A stretch of DNA of 41,491 nucleotides from an uncultured Mycoplasma sp. (GTDB lineage: Bacteria > Bacillota_I > Bacilli_A > RF39 > UBA660), in assembly GCA_964538205.1 (NCBI GenBank), contig CAZIFN010000002.1, forward strand, positions 1-41,491. The letters run 5' to 3'. The translations under genes and the position numbers were made by a program. A model generated the notes under the pieces. It had not been told where the DNA came from, did not search any database, and saw only the letters and a program-made list of their open reading frames with translations. How positions within the stretch are numbered: position 1 is the stretch's first letter; each line of letters starts with the position of its first letter. Of the stretch, positions 8,936-18,519 are shown in pieces.

Positions 8936-10936
8936 ATGAAAAATGAAAAATTAGAAATGTTTTTTTTAGCCACCATTATAATTATTATATCATCTTTTGC
9001 AGCCATGATTTCTGGTTCGGGAACAGTTTTTGGAATTGTAATGTGGACACTAATTGTTTCCGTGACTTATCTTACAAATCGCAAAAAAAGACTCTCAAAA
9101 AATAAAGAAACGGAAATACAACATGTTCCTATTAATCCAACTTCGTATATTAAAATATGCCCTAAATGTAAAACAAAACTAAATTTAAACGACAAGTTCT
9201 GCAAAGCTTGTGGCTATAAATATGTAATAGGAACAGATAATAATTTTAATAGAATAATTGTTAGCCAAAGTAACTATGATGAAATATTTAGATTAGATCA
9301 AGAAGCCATGTTAACTGCTTTTATTAATAGAGAGTTGAAAAAAGCACAGTTTGATCCAAACAAAATGTTACCAGCAGATGTCTTAAAAAGAAAAAATAAT
9401 CTTAGTATAATTTTTAATATACTAGTATTTATATACATATCATTAATATTTTTTCATTTTCCAACCCTAACATATATCATTGGCTTAGTTATATTAATAG
9501 TTTTTTATAGAAAGACCAAAAAATATGATTTAATGACATACTTAAAAAAAGAAATAAAGGCTAGGCCGGGTGAAAAAGTATCAAATATTATTATGCATGC
9601 TAAATCTAATTTAGTAACTGATAATAAACAATTCACTAGAAAGGTAGCATTTATAACCGCAATAGTCTTACCATTAATTATTTTTATGAATCCCCACATA
9701 ATGTATGAAGAAACATCAGAAGGATATGCAGTAAGATTTTATACCTTTGGTTTATCTAACTTTACTAGTGCAACAATACCTGCTACTCATAATGGTAAAG
9801 ATGTCGTCAGTCTAAGAGGAAATACTTTTTCCAATATGCCATTTTTAACTACAGTTTCTTTACCAGATACAATTGTAGAAATAAGAGGACAAGCATTTAA
9901 AAATGATGTTAGTCTAATAGATGTAAACATTCCAGTAAATTTAAAATATTTAGGCGGGGGAGCGTTTTATAATTGTATGTCAATAAGAAAAATAACTCTA
10001 CCAGATAGTTTAACAGAGTTAGGAGGAGAATCATTTTATGGTGCCAGCAACTTAGAAGAAATAACTCTATCAAAAAATCTAACTGAAATAAGAGGAAATA
10101 CTTTTGAAAATTGTACCTCCCTAGAAACAATTACTATTCCTGATAAAGTAACAAGAATAGGTGGACATGCCTTTTATAATAATAGTTCATTATCAAAAGT
10201 TAATATTTCTGAATATAGCCAATTAAATGAAATAGGCTCATCCGCATTCAGACTTTGTGGAAGATTATATGAAATAACTTTACCAAGAGGAGTTTATATT
10301 AATGAAAGAGCCTTTAAAGAAAGTCCAACTAGAATATACTATTTTGATCAAGAATTAATTGATAGAGATATATCTGGTAATAATACTTGGCTAAAAAAAT
10401 ATGAAAAAGTCACATTTACTGATTATAATATTAGCGTTAGTATAAAAACTTATGACTATAATCAAGAAAATTTAAATAAAGGAACAATTATTATTGACTT
10501 TAATGATGAAATAAATAATGATATTAGATTCAGTTTTTCTTCAAATGCTACAAAAAGTGACATAGAAAATGATGCTGTTAAATTTGTATATAAAGATTAC
10601 ATCTTTCAAGTACTTAGTTTTCAAGAAAACCAGATGGTAATCACAATTAATAAAAATATTGATTATAAAGATTTAAAAAATAAAGAAAGCTATAGTTTTG
10701 GAGAAGAAGGAGACTCTCTACAACTCTCTAATTCTAACTACATAATTAAACTAGAAAAAAAAGAACAAATAAATGGACGAATTAATTATTATTTTTCTTG
10801 TAATGGCTCTGAATTTAATCATTCAATTGGAAACGGGTATTATACTTCAGCAACTTATAATAATGATGAAGTAAAAATACAGCTTAGTTCTTTTTATGGA
10901 GCTCAAGGAATTTATTTAAATATTTATTACAATTAG
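8936..10936 (+). CDS. Multi-pass membrane protein with a cytoplasmic zinc-ribbon and an extracellular BspA-type leucine-rich-repeat (LRR_5) domain
   Basis: Hydrophobic helices lie at the N-terminus, around residues 165-190 and around 235-255. Zn-ribbon CPKCKTKLNLNDKFCKACGY. At least seven LRR units of about 23 aa (e.g. IPDKVTRIGGHAFYNNSSLSKVNI). RBS is AAGGAG. Confidence 0.75.
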   Translation: MKNEKLEMFFLATIIIIISSFAAMISGSGTVFGIVMWTLIVSVTYLTNRKKRLSKNKETEIQHVPINPTSYIKICPKCKTKLNLNDKFCKACGYKYVIGTDNNFNRIIVSQSNYDEIFRLDQEAMLTAFINRELKKAQFDPNKMLPADVLKRKNNLSIIFNILVFIYISLIFFHFPTLTYIIGLVILIVFYRKTKKYDLMTYLKKEIKARPGEKVSNIIMHAKSNLVTDNKQFTRKVAFITAIVLPLIIFMNPHIMYEETSEGYAVRFYTFGLSNFTSATIPATHNGKDVVSLRGNTFSNMPFLTTVSLPDTIVEIRGQAFKNDVSLIDVNIPVNLKYLGGGAFYNCMSIRKITLPDSLTELGGESFYGASNLEEITLSKNLTEIRGNTFENCTSLETITIPDKVTRIGGHAFYNNSSLSKVNISEYSQLNEIGSSAFRLCGRLYEITLPRGVYINERAFKESPTRIYYFDQELIDRDISGNNTWLKKYEKVTFTDYNISVSIKTYDYNQENLNKGTIIIDFNDEINNDIRFSFSSNATKSDIENDAVKFVYKDYIFQVLSFQENQMVITINKNIDYKDLKNKESYSFGEEGDSLQLSNSNYIIKLEKKEQINGRINYYFSCNGSEFNHSIGNGYYTSATYNNDEVKIQLSSFYGAQGIYLNIYYN

Positions 10937-10948
10937 GTTGGTGAAAAC

Positions 10949-12682
10949 ATGAAATTTATTCATTTATTATATGTGCCAACAATGGCATGTAATATGGGCT
11001 GCAAATACTGTTACTTAGAAGATAACACAGTAGATGAAAAAACAAAATATGGTGCATTAGATACCTTAAAGTATGCAATAGATAAATTCAAATTAGCAGA
11101 AGTAATTCCTTTCAATATTTCTCTTCACGGAGGAGAAGTAACTACTTTAGATAAAAATACTTTTCATGATATTATAAAATATATAGACAACTATTATAAA
11201 GAAAATAAGGAAATAATTACCAAAGCAGGATTTAAATTAGGTAGTCCACATATTAAAACAAATTTATATAACTTAGAAAAACATATTGATACGATAAAAG
11301 AATATAATGTTTCCATATCTGGAAGCCTAGATCTTCCTTTATCACTTCACAATAAATATAGAGTTACAAAAAACAATCAAAAAACTTTAGACAAAATATT
11401 AAAAAATATTGAGCTTTTACGTAATATACCAAATAAGAAAAAAGTATCAGCCACTATTTTTAAAGAACATTATAACTACCTTGATGAAATTATAGATGAT
11501 ATAAAATTTTTACATAATAATACATGTTTAGATATGAATGATTTTAACTTTATGATTGGATTTGACTATAATTCAAATGGCATTCTACATCACTTAACTG
11601 AAGAAGAACAAGTTGAGTTTTATAAACGTATGCATGAAGAATTTGACAATACAGATTTAGATTATGGTGTTTCAGGTCCTTGGTTTGATGAGTTTGGCCC
11701 AGAATACTGTACAAATTGTGATAACTGTGGCGAAAAATTCTTTCTACTAGAACGAAACGGTGATATATATTCTTGTGTACGAGGACAAAAAAATAAAGAT
11801 TACTATTATGGTAACATTTATACAGACAGTGTAGAACAAATATTACAAACCGCAAAAGATAAAATATATTCTAATCATAACAAATTAAACTTTAATGAAG
11901 AATGTAGTACCTGTGGATATTTATACTTATGCAAAACCGGTTGTCCTTTTGTAAAAAATAATTATATGACAAATAAAAGTTATACATGTAAACTCCAACA
12001 AAAAATGTATGAAGACCGAAACTTAAAAAAAGATGAATATAATGAAGAAACTGTATATAAATACGTTTTAAAAATGAGGTCTCAAGACGTTATTAAGTAT
12101 ATACCAAAAACAAAAACAACAGAATATCCATCATTAGAAGAGATTATAAAAAATGATGAAAATTTAAAATATATATATGATAATGAATCTTTCATATTAG
12201 AAATAGATAACATAAAATACTCTATTTCATCACAAATAATAAAAAAGACTAGAGATATAATATATATAACACCAGAAAGTAAAGTAAAAATATATATGAA
12301 AAAAGATCTTATTAAAGAACTATGTGATTATCCAGAAAATAATTCATTATATATAATTTTATTATCCGGAAATTTAGTAAAATATGGAGATGAAGAAAGA
12401 ACAAAACAAAGACATTTAGCAACCATTCAAATATATAAGGGAATATTAGACAGTGTAAACGAAAGTCAACAAAATTACTATTCATACGATATAACAAACT
12501 TATTTAATGAATACAAAGCTGGCTTCTCAAGTGACATGCCTAATAATATTTTCTTTACAACATCATCATTAAGAGATTATCATTACTTAAAACAAAAAGA
12601 AAATGCTTATTATCATATACAGGCTATAAATTTACCATTTCAAAATATAGAATTTTATTATATAGATAAGGAGTTAAAATAA
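10949..12682 (+). CDS. Radical SAM/SPASM-domain enzyme with an uncharacterised C-terminal extension of about 200 aa
   Basis: N-terminal CNMGCKYC (CX3CX2C), a GGE motif (LHGGEVT), and SPASM-type auxiliary cluster cysteines CTNCDNCG...DIYSC and CSTCGYLYLCKTGC (CX2CX5CX3C). At 577 aa it is much longer than typical maturases. Confidence 0.8.
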   Translation: MKFIHLLYVPTMACNMGCKYCYLEDNTVDEKTKYGALDTLKYAIDKFKLAEVIPFNISLHGGEVTTLDKNTFHDIIKYIDNYYKENKEIITKAGFKLGSPHIKTNLYNLEKHIDTIKEYNVSISGSLDLPLSLHNKYRVTKNNQKTLDKILKNIELLRNIPNKKKVSATIFKEHYNYLDEIIDDIKFLHNNTCLDMNDFNFMIGFDYNSNGILHHLTEEEQVEFYKRMHEEFDNTDLDYGVSGPWFDEFGPEYCTNCDNCGEKFFLLERNGDIYSCVRGQKNKDYYYGNIYTDSVEQILQTAKDKIYSNHNKLNFNEECSTCGYLYLCKTGCPFVKNNYMTNKSYTCKLQQKMYEDRNLKKDEYNEETVYKYVLKMRSQDVIKYIPKTKTTEYPSLEEIIKNDENLKYIYDNESFILEIDNIKYSISSQIIKKTRDIIYITPESKVKIYMKKDLIKELCDYPENNSLYIILLSGNLVKYGDEERTKQRHLATIQIYKGILDSVNESQQNYYSYDITNLFNEYKAGFSSDMPNNIFFTTSSLRDYHYLKQKENAYYHIQAINLPFQNIEFYYIDKELK

Positions 12683-13041
12683 TGAATAAAGAACCCGAAA
12701 CATATGAAGAATTAATTAGACAAAAAAAATGTGTAGACATAACAAAGTATTATGATATAACTGCAGAAGAACTAGAAGAAATATACAACTTTCTAACAAA
12801 AAATGTTAATGGAGAAGTACTAGCTGGATTAGATAATATAAGGCTAAACGTAGGAAATACTACTATAGCAATAATAAATGCAACTCTTAAACTAGTAGCA
12901 GGAATAGATGGTTTAAAAATAACCAATAGTTCTTTTAAGATAATTCCTCACTACTCACCATCATCAGGATCTAGTTCATATGGAGGATCATCATCAAACA
13001 ATAACAATAATAACAATAACAATAACAATAATAATAGATAG
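12682..13041 (+). CDS. Small protein with a low-complexity Ser/Gly/Tyr tail ending in 13 consecutive Asn; candidate rSAM substrate
   Basis: Its start overlaps the rSAM stop (TAATG), implying translational coupling. The C-terminus reads HYSPSSGSSSYGGSSS-N13-R. No Cys-rich core and no TM helix. Confidence 0.6.
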   Translation: MNKEPETYEELIRQKKCVDITKYYDITAEELEEIYNFLTKNVNGEVLAGLDNIRLNVGNTTIAIINATLKLVAGIDGLKITNSSFKIIPHYSPSSGSSSYGGSSSNNNNNNNNNNNNNR

Positions 13042-13052
13042 GAGTAAAAAAT

Positions 13053-14066
13053 ATGCCATTAATATCTGATAATTACCATATAAAAAAATTAAATAAATAT
13101 GGAATAAATATAAAAACAAAATATATAGTTGATAATAAAATATTAGAACGTAATACTAATAATTCTAATAATGATGATATTCTAAATGGTATTAGATGTG
13201 AAAAAGGCTATTATTTAAAAGATAAACTATTACATACAGAGAAAATATTTGACTCTAGAATAGAATATACATTTATATCAAAAGAACAAGAAGCAACAGA
13301 ATATACTTGTCCAAATTGTGGTATGCATTCAAAACTAAAAGACTTTATAGATTGTTGTCCTTATTGTCATACGTATTATAATATTGATTATACAAATAAA
13401 AATTTAGCAACCAAGTATCATTATGATAGAGTATTAGCAAATACAGGTTATAGAATAATAACAGCCATAATAGACTTCATAATTAGTTTAATATTAAGCT
13501 ATATATTTATAAAAATAACATCAAGAACATTTAATAATTATGATATTTCAAAAATATTTATATATGGACTAATATTATCACTTGTACTGTATTACATATT
13601 CTATATTGCAGATGCCTATATTATCTTAACACCAATAAAAATATATAAAGATAAACAAAATGAAAAACAAAAATCTTTCTGGGAAAGAACAAAAATAGAT
13701 AAGAAAAAGTTTTTTAATAACTTAAATTATGAAATAGGAAAAAAATATTATAATATAGATAATATAATTGATTATGATATTATAGATTATATAGAATTTA
13801 AGGATTATACTAAAGACAATAAACTATATGTAGAAGTAAATGCAGAAGTAAGAATTGTCTATTATGAAAATAATAAAATACATTCTAAAAATATTAAAGA
13901 TAAATATATAATGAGAAAAGAAAATGATGATATTTTAGAATTAAAAGATAAAGCAAATTTAATAAAATGTCATAACTGTGGTGCTTCAATTGATGCTAAT
14001 AAAGGAGAATGTACATATTGTCATACTAAGACAAAATATCTTCAAGCCTGGGTATTAACTAACTAA
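13053..14066 (+). CDS. Membrane protein with two zinc-ribbons flanking two TM helices
   Basis: CPNCG...CCPYCH (N-terminal) and CHNCG...CTYCH (C-terminal). Hydrophobic segments IITAIIDFIISLILSYIFI and IFIYGLILSLVLYYIFYI. RBS is GGAG. Confidence 0.65.
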   Translation: MPLISDNYHIKKLNKYGINIKTKYIVDNKILERNTNNSNNDDILNGIRCEKGYYLKDKLLHTEKIFDSRIEYTFISKEQEATEYTCPNCGMHSKLKDFIDCCPYCHTYYNIDYTNKNLATKYHYDRVLANTGYRIITAIIDFIISLILSYIFIKITSRTFNNYDISKIFIYGLILSLVLYYIFYIADAYIILTPIKIYKDKQNEKQKSFWERTKIDKKKFFNNLNYEIGKKYYNIDNIIDYDIIDYIEFKDYTKDNKLYVEVNAEVRIVYYENNKIHSKNIKDKYIMRKENDDILELKDKANLIKCHNCGASIDANKGECTYCHTKTKYLQAWVLTN

Positions 14067-14210
14067 AAAGTTCGTATAAAAAACTATCCATACATAAATA
14101 AAGAAAGTATTATGATTATTAAGTGTTTTTCATATTCATATTAACACATGACTAGACTCAATGTTTCAAATGATATGTCATATTTGAAGTTTATACCAAT
14201 ACTATTAATG

Positions 14211-14237
14211 CCATATTAATAAATAATATGGTTTTTA
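14211..14237 (+). terminator. Rho-independent terminator ending the 8.9-14.1 kb operon
   Basis: CCATATTA, 5-nt loop, TAATATGG, followed by TTTTTA. Confidence 0.55.
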
Positions 14238-14265
14238 TATGTTATAATACATATGAGGTGAAACT

Positions 14266-14514
14266 ATGCAAAAAATAAAAATAAATGGTATATATAAACA
14301 TTTTAAAGGAAACTATTACTTAGTTATAGATCTAGCAACAGATTCTGAAACAAATGAAGAACTTGTTATATATAGAGCCTTATATGATGATAATAAACTT
14401 TGGGTAAGATCAAAAGAAATGTTTTTAAGTGAAGTAGATTATAAAAAATATCCAAATATCAAACAAAAATATAGATTTGAATTACAAAATATAGAAAAAA
14501 TTAATAATAACTAA
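14266..14514 (+). CDS. DUF1653 domain protein
   Basis: [44 protein letters not shown] matches the DUF1653 signature as I recall it. RBS is GAGGTGA. Confidence 0.7.
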   Translation: MQKIKINGIYKHFKGNYYLVIDLATDSETNEELVIYRALYDDNKLWVRSKEMFLSEVDYKKYPNIKQKYRFELQNIEKINNN

Positions 14515-14516
14515 TT

Positions 14517-14546
14517 AAAAAAGCATCATAAAAACAAATGCTTTTT
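14517..14546 (+). terminator. Rho-independent terminator
   Basis: AAAAAGCAT, loop, ATGCTTTTT immediately after the stop codon. Confidence 0.6.
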
Positions 14547-14807
14547 ATAACAAAAAGTGTATTTGCAAAAACATTATAAGAATCTAAAACACATAAAAAA
14601 GAGCCAATACTGGCTCCATCTATTATAAGAGGATCTTCACACTATATAGTGAACCTTCCTCAATAATAATATATGTAATGTTAAAAAATATATACATTAA
14701 AATTTACAATATGAGTAATTGTTTTAAATACAAAAATATGATAACATAATAATAAATATAAAGTATAAAAGTAAAAAAAATAAACACTATAATAAGGAAG
14801 AACTAAA

Positions 14808-15906
14808 ATGGAAATAAAAGAAATGAAAGAAATACTAAATAAATATTTACTAGAAGTAGAAAATCTATGGAGGTCACTTTGACATAGATGAAAAAAAAGA
14901 AAAGTTAAAAGCACTACAAGCAGAAACTGAAAATCCTAATTTTTGGAATAATCGTGAAAAAAAAGACAAAGTATTATCTGAGCTTAGTAGTATTAAAGAA
15001 ACAGTTAATAGTATAGAAAATGTACAACAAAATATTAAAGACACTATAGAAATTGTAGAATTATTAGAAGAAGAACTAGATGAAGAATTATTAAAACAAG
15101 TAGAAATAGTAACTAATAAATTACCTGAGGATATAGAAAACTTAAATCTATTTTTACTACTATCAGGTCCCTATGATGCATCGGATTGCATTTTAGATAT
15201 TCACTCAGGTGCCGGTGGTACAGAAGCTTGTGATTGGGCCTTAATGCTATATCGTATGTATACTCGCTGGTGTGAAAAGAAAAAATATAAAATAGATTTA
15301 TTAGATTATCAAACAGGTGAAGAAACTGGTATAAAAAGTGCCTCTCTTTTAATAAAAGGACATAATGCTTATGGATATTTAAAAAATGAAAAAGGCGTTC
15401 ATCGTTTAGTAAGACTGTCACCATTTGATGCTAATAATCGTCGTCATACATCTTTTGCATCAGTAGAAATAACTCCAGAAATAAAGCAAGATAACACTAT
15501 AGAAATAGATGAAAAAGACTTAAAGATAGATGTTTATCGTTCATCAGGATCCGGAGGACAAGGAGTAAATACAACAGATTCGGCAGTAAGAATAACACAC
15601 TTACCAAGTAAAATAGTAGTCACTTGTCAAAATGAAAGAAGTCAAATTCAAAATAAAGAGCAAGCACTCCGAGTATTAAAAAACAAATTATTAGTAAAAA
15701 AATATGAAGAACAGGAAAAAGAGTTAAATAAATTAAAAGGAAATCAAATGAACATAGAGTTTGGTTCTCAAATAAGAAGTTATGTAATGCATCCATATTC
15801 GATGGTAAAAGATCATCGTACAAATTGTGAAACAAGTAATGTAGAAAAAGTATTAGATGGAGATATAGACGAATTTATAAAAAGTAATTTAAAAAGAGGG
15901 TTATAA
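14808..15906 (+). CDS. prfB: Peptide chain release factor 2, expressed via a programmed +1 ribosomal frameshift
   Basis: ORF0 is ATG 14808 plus 24 codons to CTT TGA C (TGA 14880-14882). The +1 frame from GAC 14881 is continuous with track ORF 15244-15906. RF2 motifs SPF (RLSPFD) and GGQ (SGSGGQGVN) are present. Confidence 0.9.
14868..14883 (+). other. prfB recoding site (internal SD-like GGAGG plus slippery CTT TGA C)
   Basis: TGG AGG TCA CTT TGA C: GGAGG lies 3 nt upstream of the CTT-TGA-C shift site, the same layout as the classical RF2 autoregulatory site. Confidence 0.85.
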
Positions 15907-15907
15907 T

Positions 15908-16789
15908 ATGAATATTTTTTCAAAAAACAAAAACTTTAGAATACTAGAAGAAATAAAAGAAAAATCAAAATATAAAAGATTAGTCAAATTTATCATTGGC
16001 TGTTTTTTAGTTGCTATTGCATATAATCTTTTCTTAGCACCAAATGACATTGTAGCAGGTGGTGTAGGCGGAATTGCTATAATATTAAATGAAATATTTA
16101 ATATAGAATACTTTATTGTAATATTGATAAGTAATCTTATTCTTTTAATAGTAAGTTATATATTTTTAGGTAAAGAAAAAACAAAAGGTTCAATACTTGG
16201 CTCATTAGTTTTTCCAATTTGTGTAAAATTAACATCTAATATTGGAGCATATATAGATATAGATAATACCCAATTATTACTATCAGCTGTCTTTGGTGGC
16301 GTACTATATGGTTTTGGTGCCGGTATGATTTTTAAAGCTGGATTTACCGGCGGAGGAACAGACATTATAAGTCAATTAATTAATAAATATTTAAAACTTA
16401 GTATCGGAAAAAGTATTCTATGTACAGACGGCAGCATCGTAGTTTTATCATCATTTGTTTTTGGAACTAACAAATTACTATATTCTATAATTACACTTTA
16501 TATAATTAGTTTAATTTCAGATAGAGTTATACTTGGAATTTCAGATAGTAAAGCATTCTATATAGTAACAGATGAAGAAAAAGCAATTAAAGAATACATA
16601 CTTAAATACTTAAATCACGGAGTAACAGTATTCAATGCTAAAGGTGGTTTTGCTAAAGAAAAACAAACTGTATTAATGTGTGTATTACCAACAAAAGAAT
16701 ATTATAGATTAAAAGAGGGAATATCAGAAATAGATCCAGATGCATTCTTTGTAGTAACTGATGCTTATGAAGTATTCGGAGGTGAATGA
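15908..16789 (+). CDS. YitT family membrane protein (DUF161 repeats plus C-terminal DUF2179)
   Basis: Multi-pass membrane N-terminus with GGxGG motifs. The C-terminal block ILGISDSKAFYIVTDE...VTVFNAKGGF...DAFFVVTDAYEVFGG is typical of the family. Confidence 0.8.
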   Translation: MNIFSKNKNFRILEEIKEKSKYKRLVKFIIGCFLVAIAYNLFLAPNDIVAGGVGGIAIILNEIFNIEYFIVILISNLILLIVSYIFLGKEKTKGSILGSLVFPICVKLTSNIGAYIDIDNTQLLLSAVFGGVLYGFGAGMIFKAGFTGGGTDIISQLINKYLKLSIGKSILCTDGSIVVLSSFVFGTNKLLYSIITLYIISLISDRVILGISDSKAFYIVTDEEKAIKEYILKYLNHGVTVFNAKGGFAKEKQTVLMCVLPTKEYYRLKEGISEIDPDAFFVVTDAYEVFGGE

Positions 16790-16790
16790 T

Positions 16791-17648
16791 ATGGATGAAA
16801 TAATAGAAAAACTAAAACGAAAAAAAGTTGGAAAAAGAGTTGCAATGCTAATAATTTCTCTCCTTTTTAGTGCCATAGTATATAATTTGTTTTTATTACC
16901 TGTAAATTTAGTAACCGGTGGCTCAAGTGGAATTGCTACAATAACTAAATATGTATATGATATAGATCCAGCTTTAATGATTTTAATAGTATCAATAATA
17001 TGTGCTATTTTAAGCCTCATGTATTTAGGTCCAGAAGTAACAGCTGTAACATTATTAGCAAGCGTATTATACCCTTTATTTGTAAAAATAACTGAACCAT
17101 TGGTTAGTATAATTCAAATTGATTATAGTGATATGTTTGTTATAACATTATTTGCAGGCGTCTTAAATGGAATAGCTAATGGAATAATGTATAAAACAGG
17201 ATACAGTAATGGTGGCTTACCAGTAATCAGCCAGATATTAGAAAAATACCATAAAATACCAATTGCCAAAACTAGTGCTTTTATGAATATAACAATTGTA
17301 CTCATTGGTGGAATATTCTTTGGATCAACCAATGTTATGTATGCTATTATTCTTATCTATTTAAATAGTATAATAATAAATAAAGTATTATTAGGAATAT
17401 CAAATAATAAAGCCTTCTATATTGTTACAACAGAAGAAGATCAAATTAAAAGTTATATTATAAGAACATTAGGACATAGTGTAACTGTTTTTGATGTAAA
17501 AGGTGGTTTCTTAAATAAGAAAAGTAAAGTAGTATTAACAGTTGTTCCAACAAGCGAATATTATCGTGTAACAGAAGGTATAAAAGCAATTGACAGTAAT
17601 GCATTCTTTGTTGTGACTGACTCATATGAAGTAGTAGGTGGAAAATAA
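16791..17648 (+). CDS. YitT family membrane protein, tandem paralog
   Basis: Same architecture as the upstream gene. I prefer ATG 16791 (GGAGGTGAATGAT upstream) over track start 16761, which overlaps the previous gene. Confidence 0.8.
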   Translation: MDEIIEKLKRKKVGKRVAMLIISLLFSAIVYNLFLLPVNLVTGGSSGIATITKYVYDIDPALMILIVSIICAILSLMYLGPEVTAVTLLASVLYPLFVKITEPLVSIIQIDYSDMFVITLFAGVLNGIANGIMYKTGYSNGGLPVISQILEKYHKIPIAKTSAFMNITIVLIGGIFFGSTNVMYAIILIYLNSIIINKVLLGISNNKAFYIVTTEEDQIKSYIIRTLGHSVTVFDVKGGFLNKKSKVVLTVVPTSEYYRVTEGIKAIDSNAFFVVTDSYEVVGGK

Positions 17649-17820
17649 TGTAAATTAAAACATGAAAGCATAGTCTTTCTTTTTTTAGTATGGAAAACAT
17701 ACCATCAAAATAGAAACATTGAAAGACAACTATAAACAATCGAATGTGACAAAAATCTACTTTTGTCTTTTGTCCTTTATATAAATATGATATACTTAAA
17801 TAGTTAAGGTGGTTGATAAA

Positions 17821-18519
17821 ATGGATTTGATCAGAATTAAACATGTTGAAAAAAAATATAAAAATGGAGTAACTGCCATTTATGATTTAAATTTAGCTAT
17901 AGAAAAAGGTTCATTTGTCTTTGTAATAGGTGGCTCTGGCTCAGGAAAAAGTACATTAATTAAAATGTTATATCGTGAAGAAAAACCTACCCATGGACAA
18001 ATAATACTTGGTGGATTAGATGTTGGAAAATTAAGAAATAAAAAAGTATATAAATTAAGAAGAAAACTAGGAATAGTTTTCCAAGATTATAGATTACTTC
18101 CTAAATTAACAGTATATGAAAACGTAGCTTTTGCCTTAGAAGTAATTGGTGCTAAAAAAGATGAAATTAGAGTAAAAGTATTAAAAGCTCTGGAAGATGT
18201 CGGATTAAAGAATAAAATACATAATTATCCAGATCAATTATCTGGTGGAGAACAGCAACGTGTAGCAATAGCAAGAGCAATAGTTAACAATCCTAAATTA
18301 CTATTATGTGATGAGCCAACCGGAAATCTTGATCCAGAAAAAAGTATGGAAATTATGAAAGTACTTGATGATATTAATAAGTCAAGAGGAACAACAATAA
18401 TAATGGCAACACATGATAAAGATATAGTTAATAAAATGAAAAAACAAGTTTTAATCTTAAAAGATGGACATCTAGTTAACTTTAAAGAGAAAGGAGTCTA
18501 TGATAATGAAGCTATTTAG
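17821..18519 (+). CDS. ftsE: Cell division ATP-binding protein FtsE
   Basis: Walker A GGSGSGKST, signature LSGGEQQRVAIARA, Walker B LLLCDEPTGNLD. Followed by ftsX. RBS AAGGTGG precedes ATG 17821. Confidence 0.9.
   Translation: MDLIRIKHVEKKYKNGVTAIYDLNLAIEKGSFVFVIGGSGSGKSTLIKMLYREEKPTHGQIILGGLDVGKLRNKKVYKLRRKLGIVFQDYRLLPKLTVYENVAFALEVIGAKKDEIRVKVLKALEDVGLKNKIHNYPDQLSGGEQQRVAIARAIVNNPKLLLCDEPTGNLDPEKSMEIMKVLDDINKSRGTTIIMATHDKDIVNKMKKQVLILKDGHLVNFKEKGVYDNEAI

Noticed and set aside
14681-15424. Minus-strand ORFs 14681-14914 and 15113-15424 overlapping prfB
   Set aside because: They are antisense to a clearly conserved RF2 coding sequence, have a hydrophobic low-complexity translation typical of AT-rich antisense frames, and lack an RBS.
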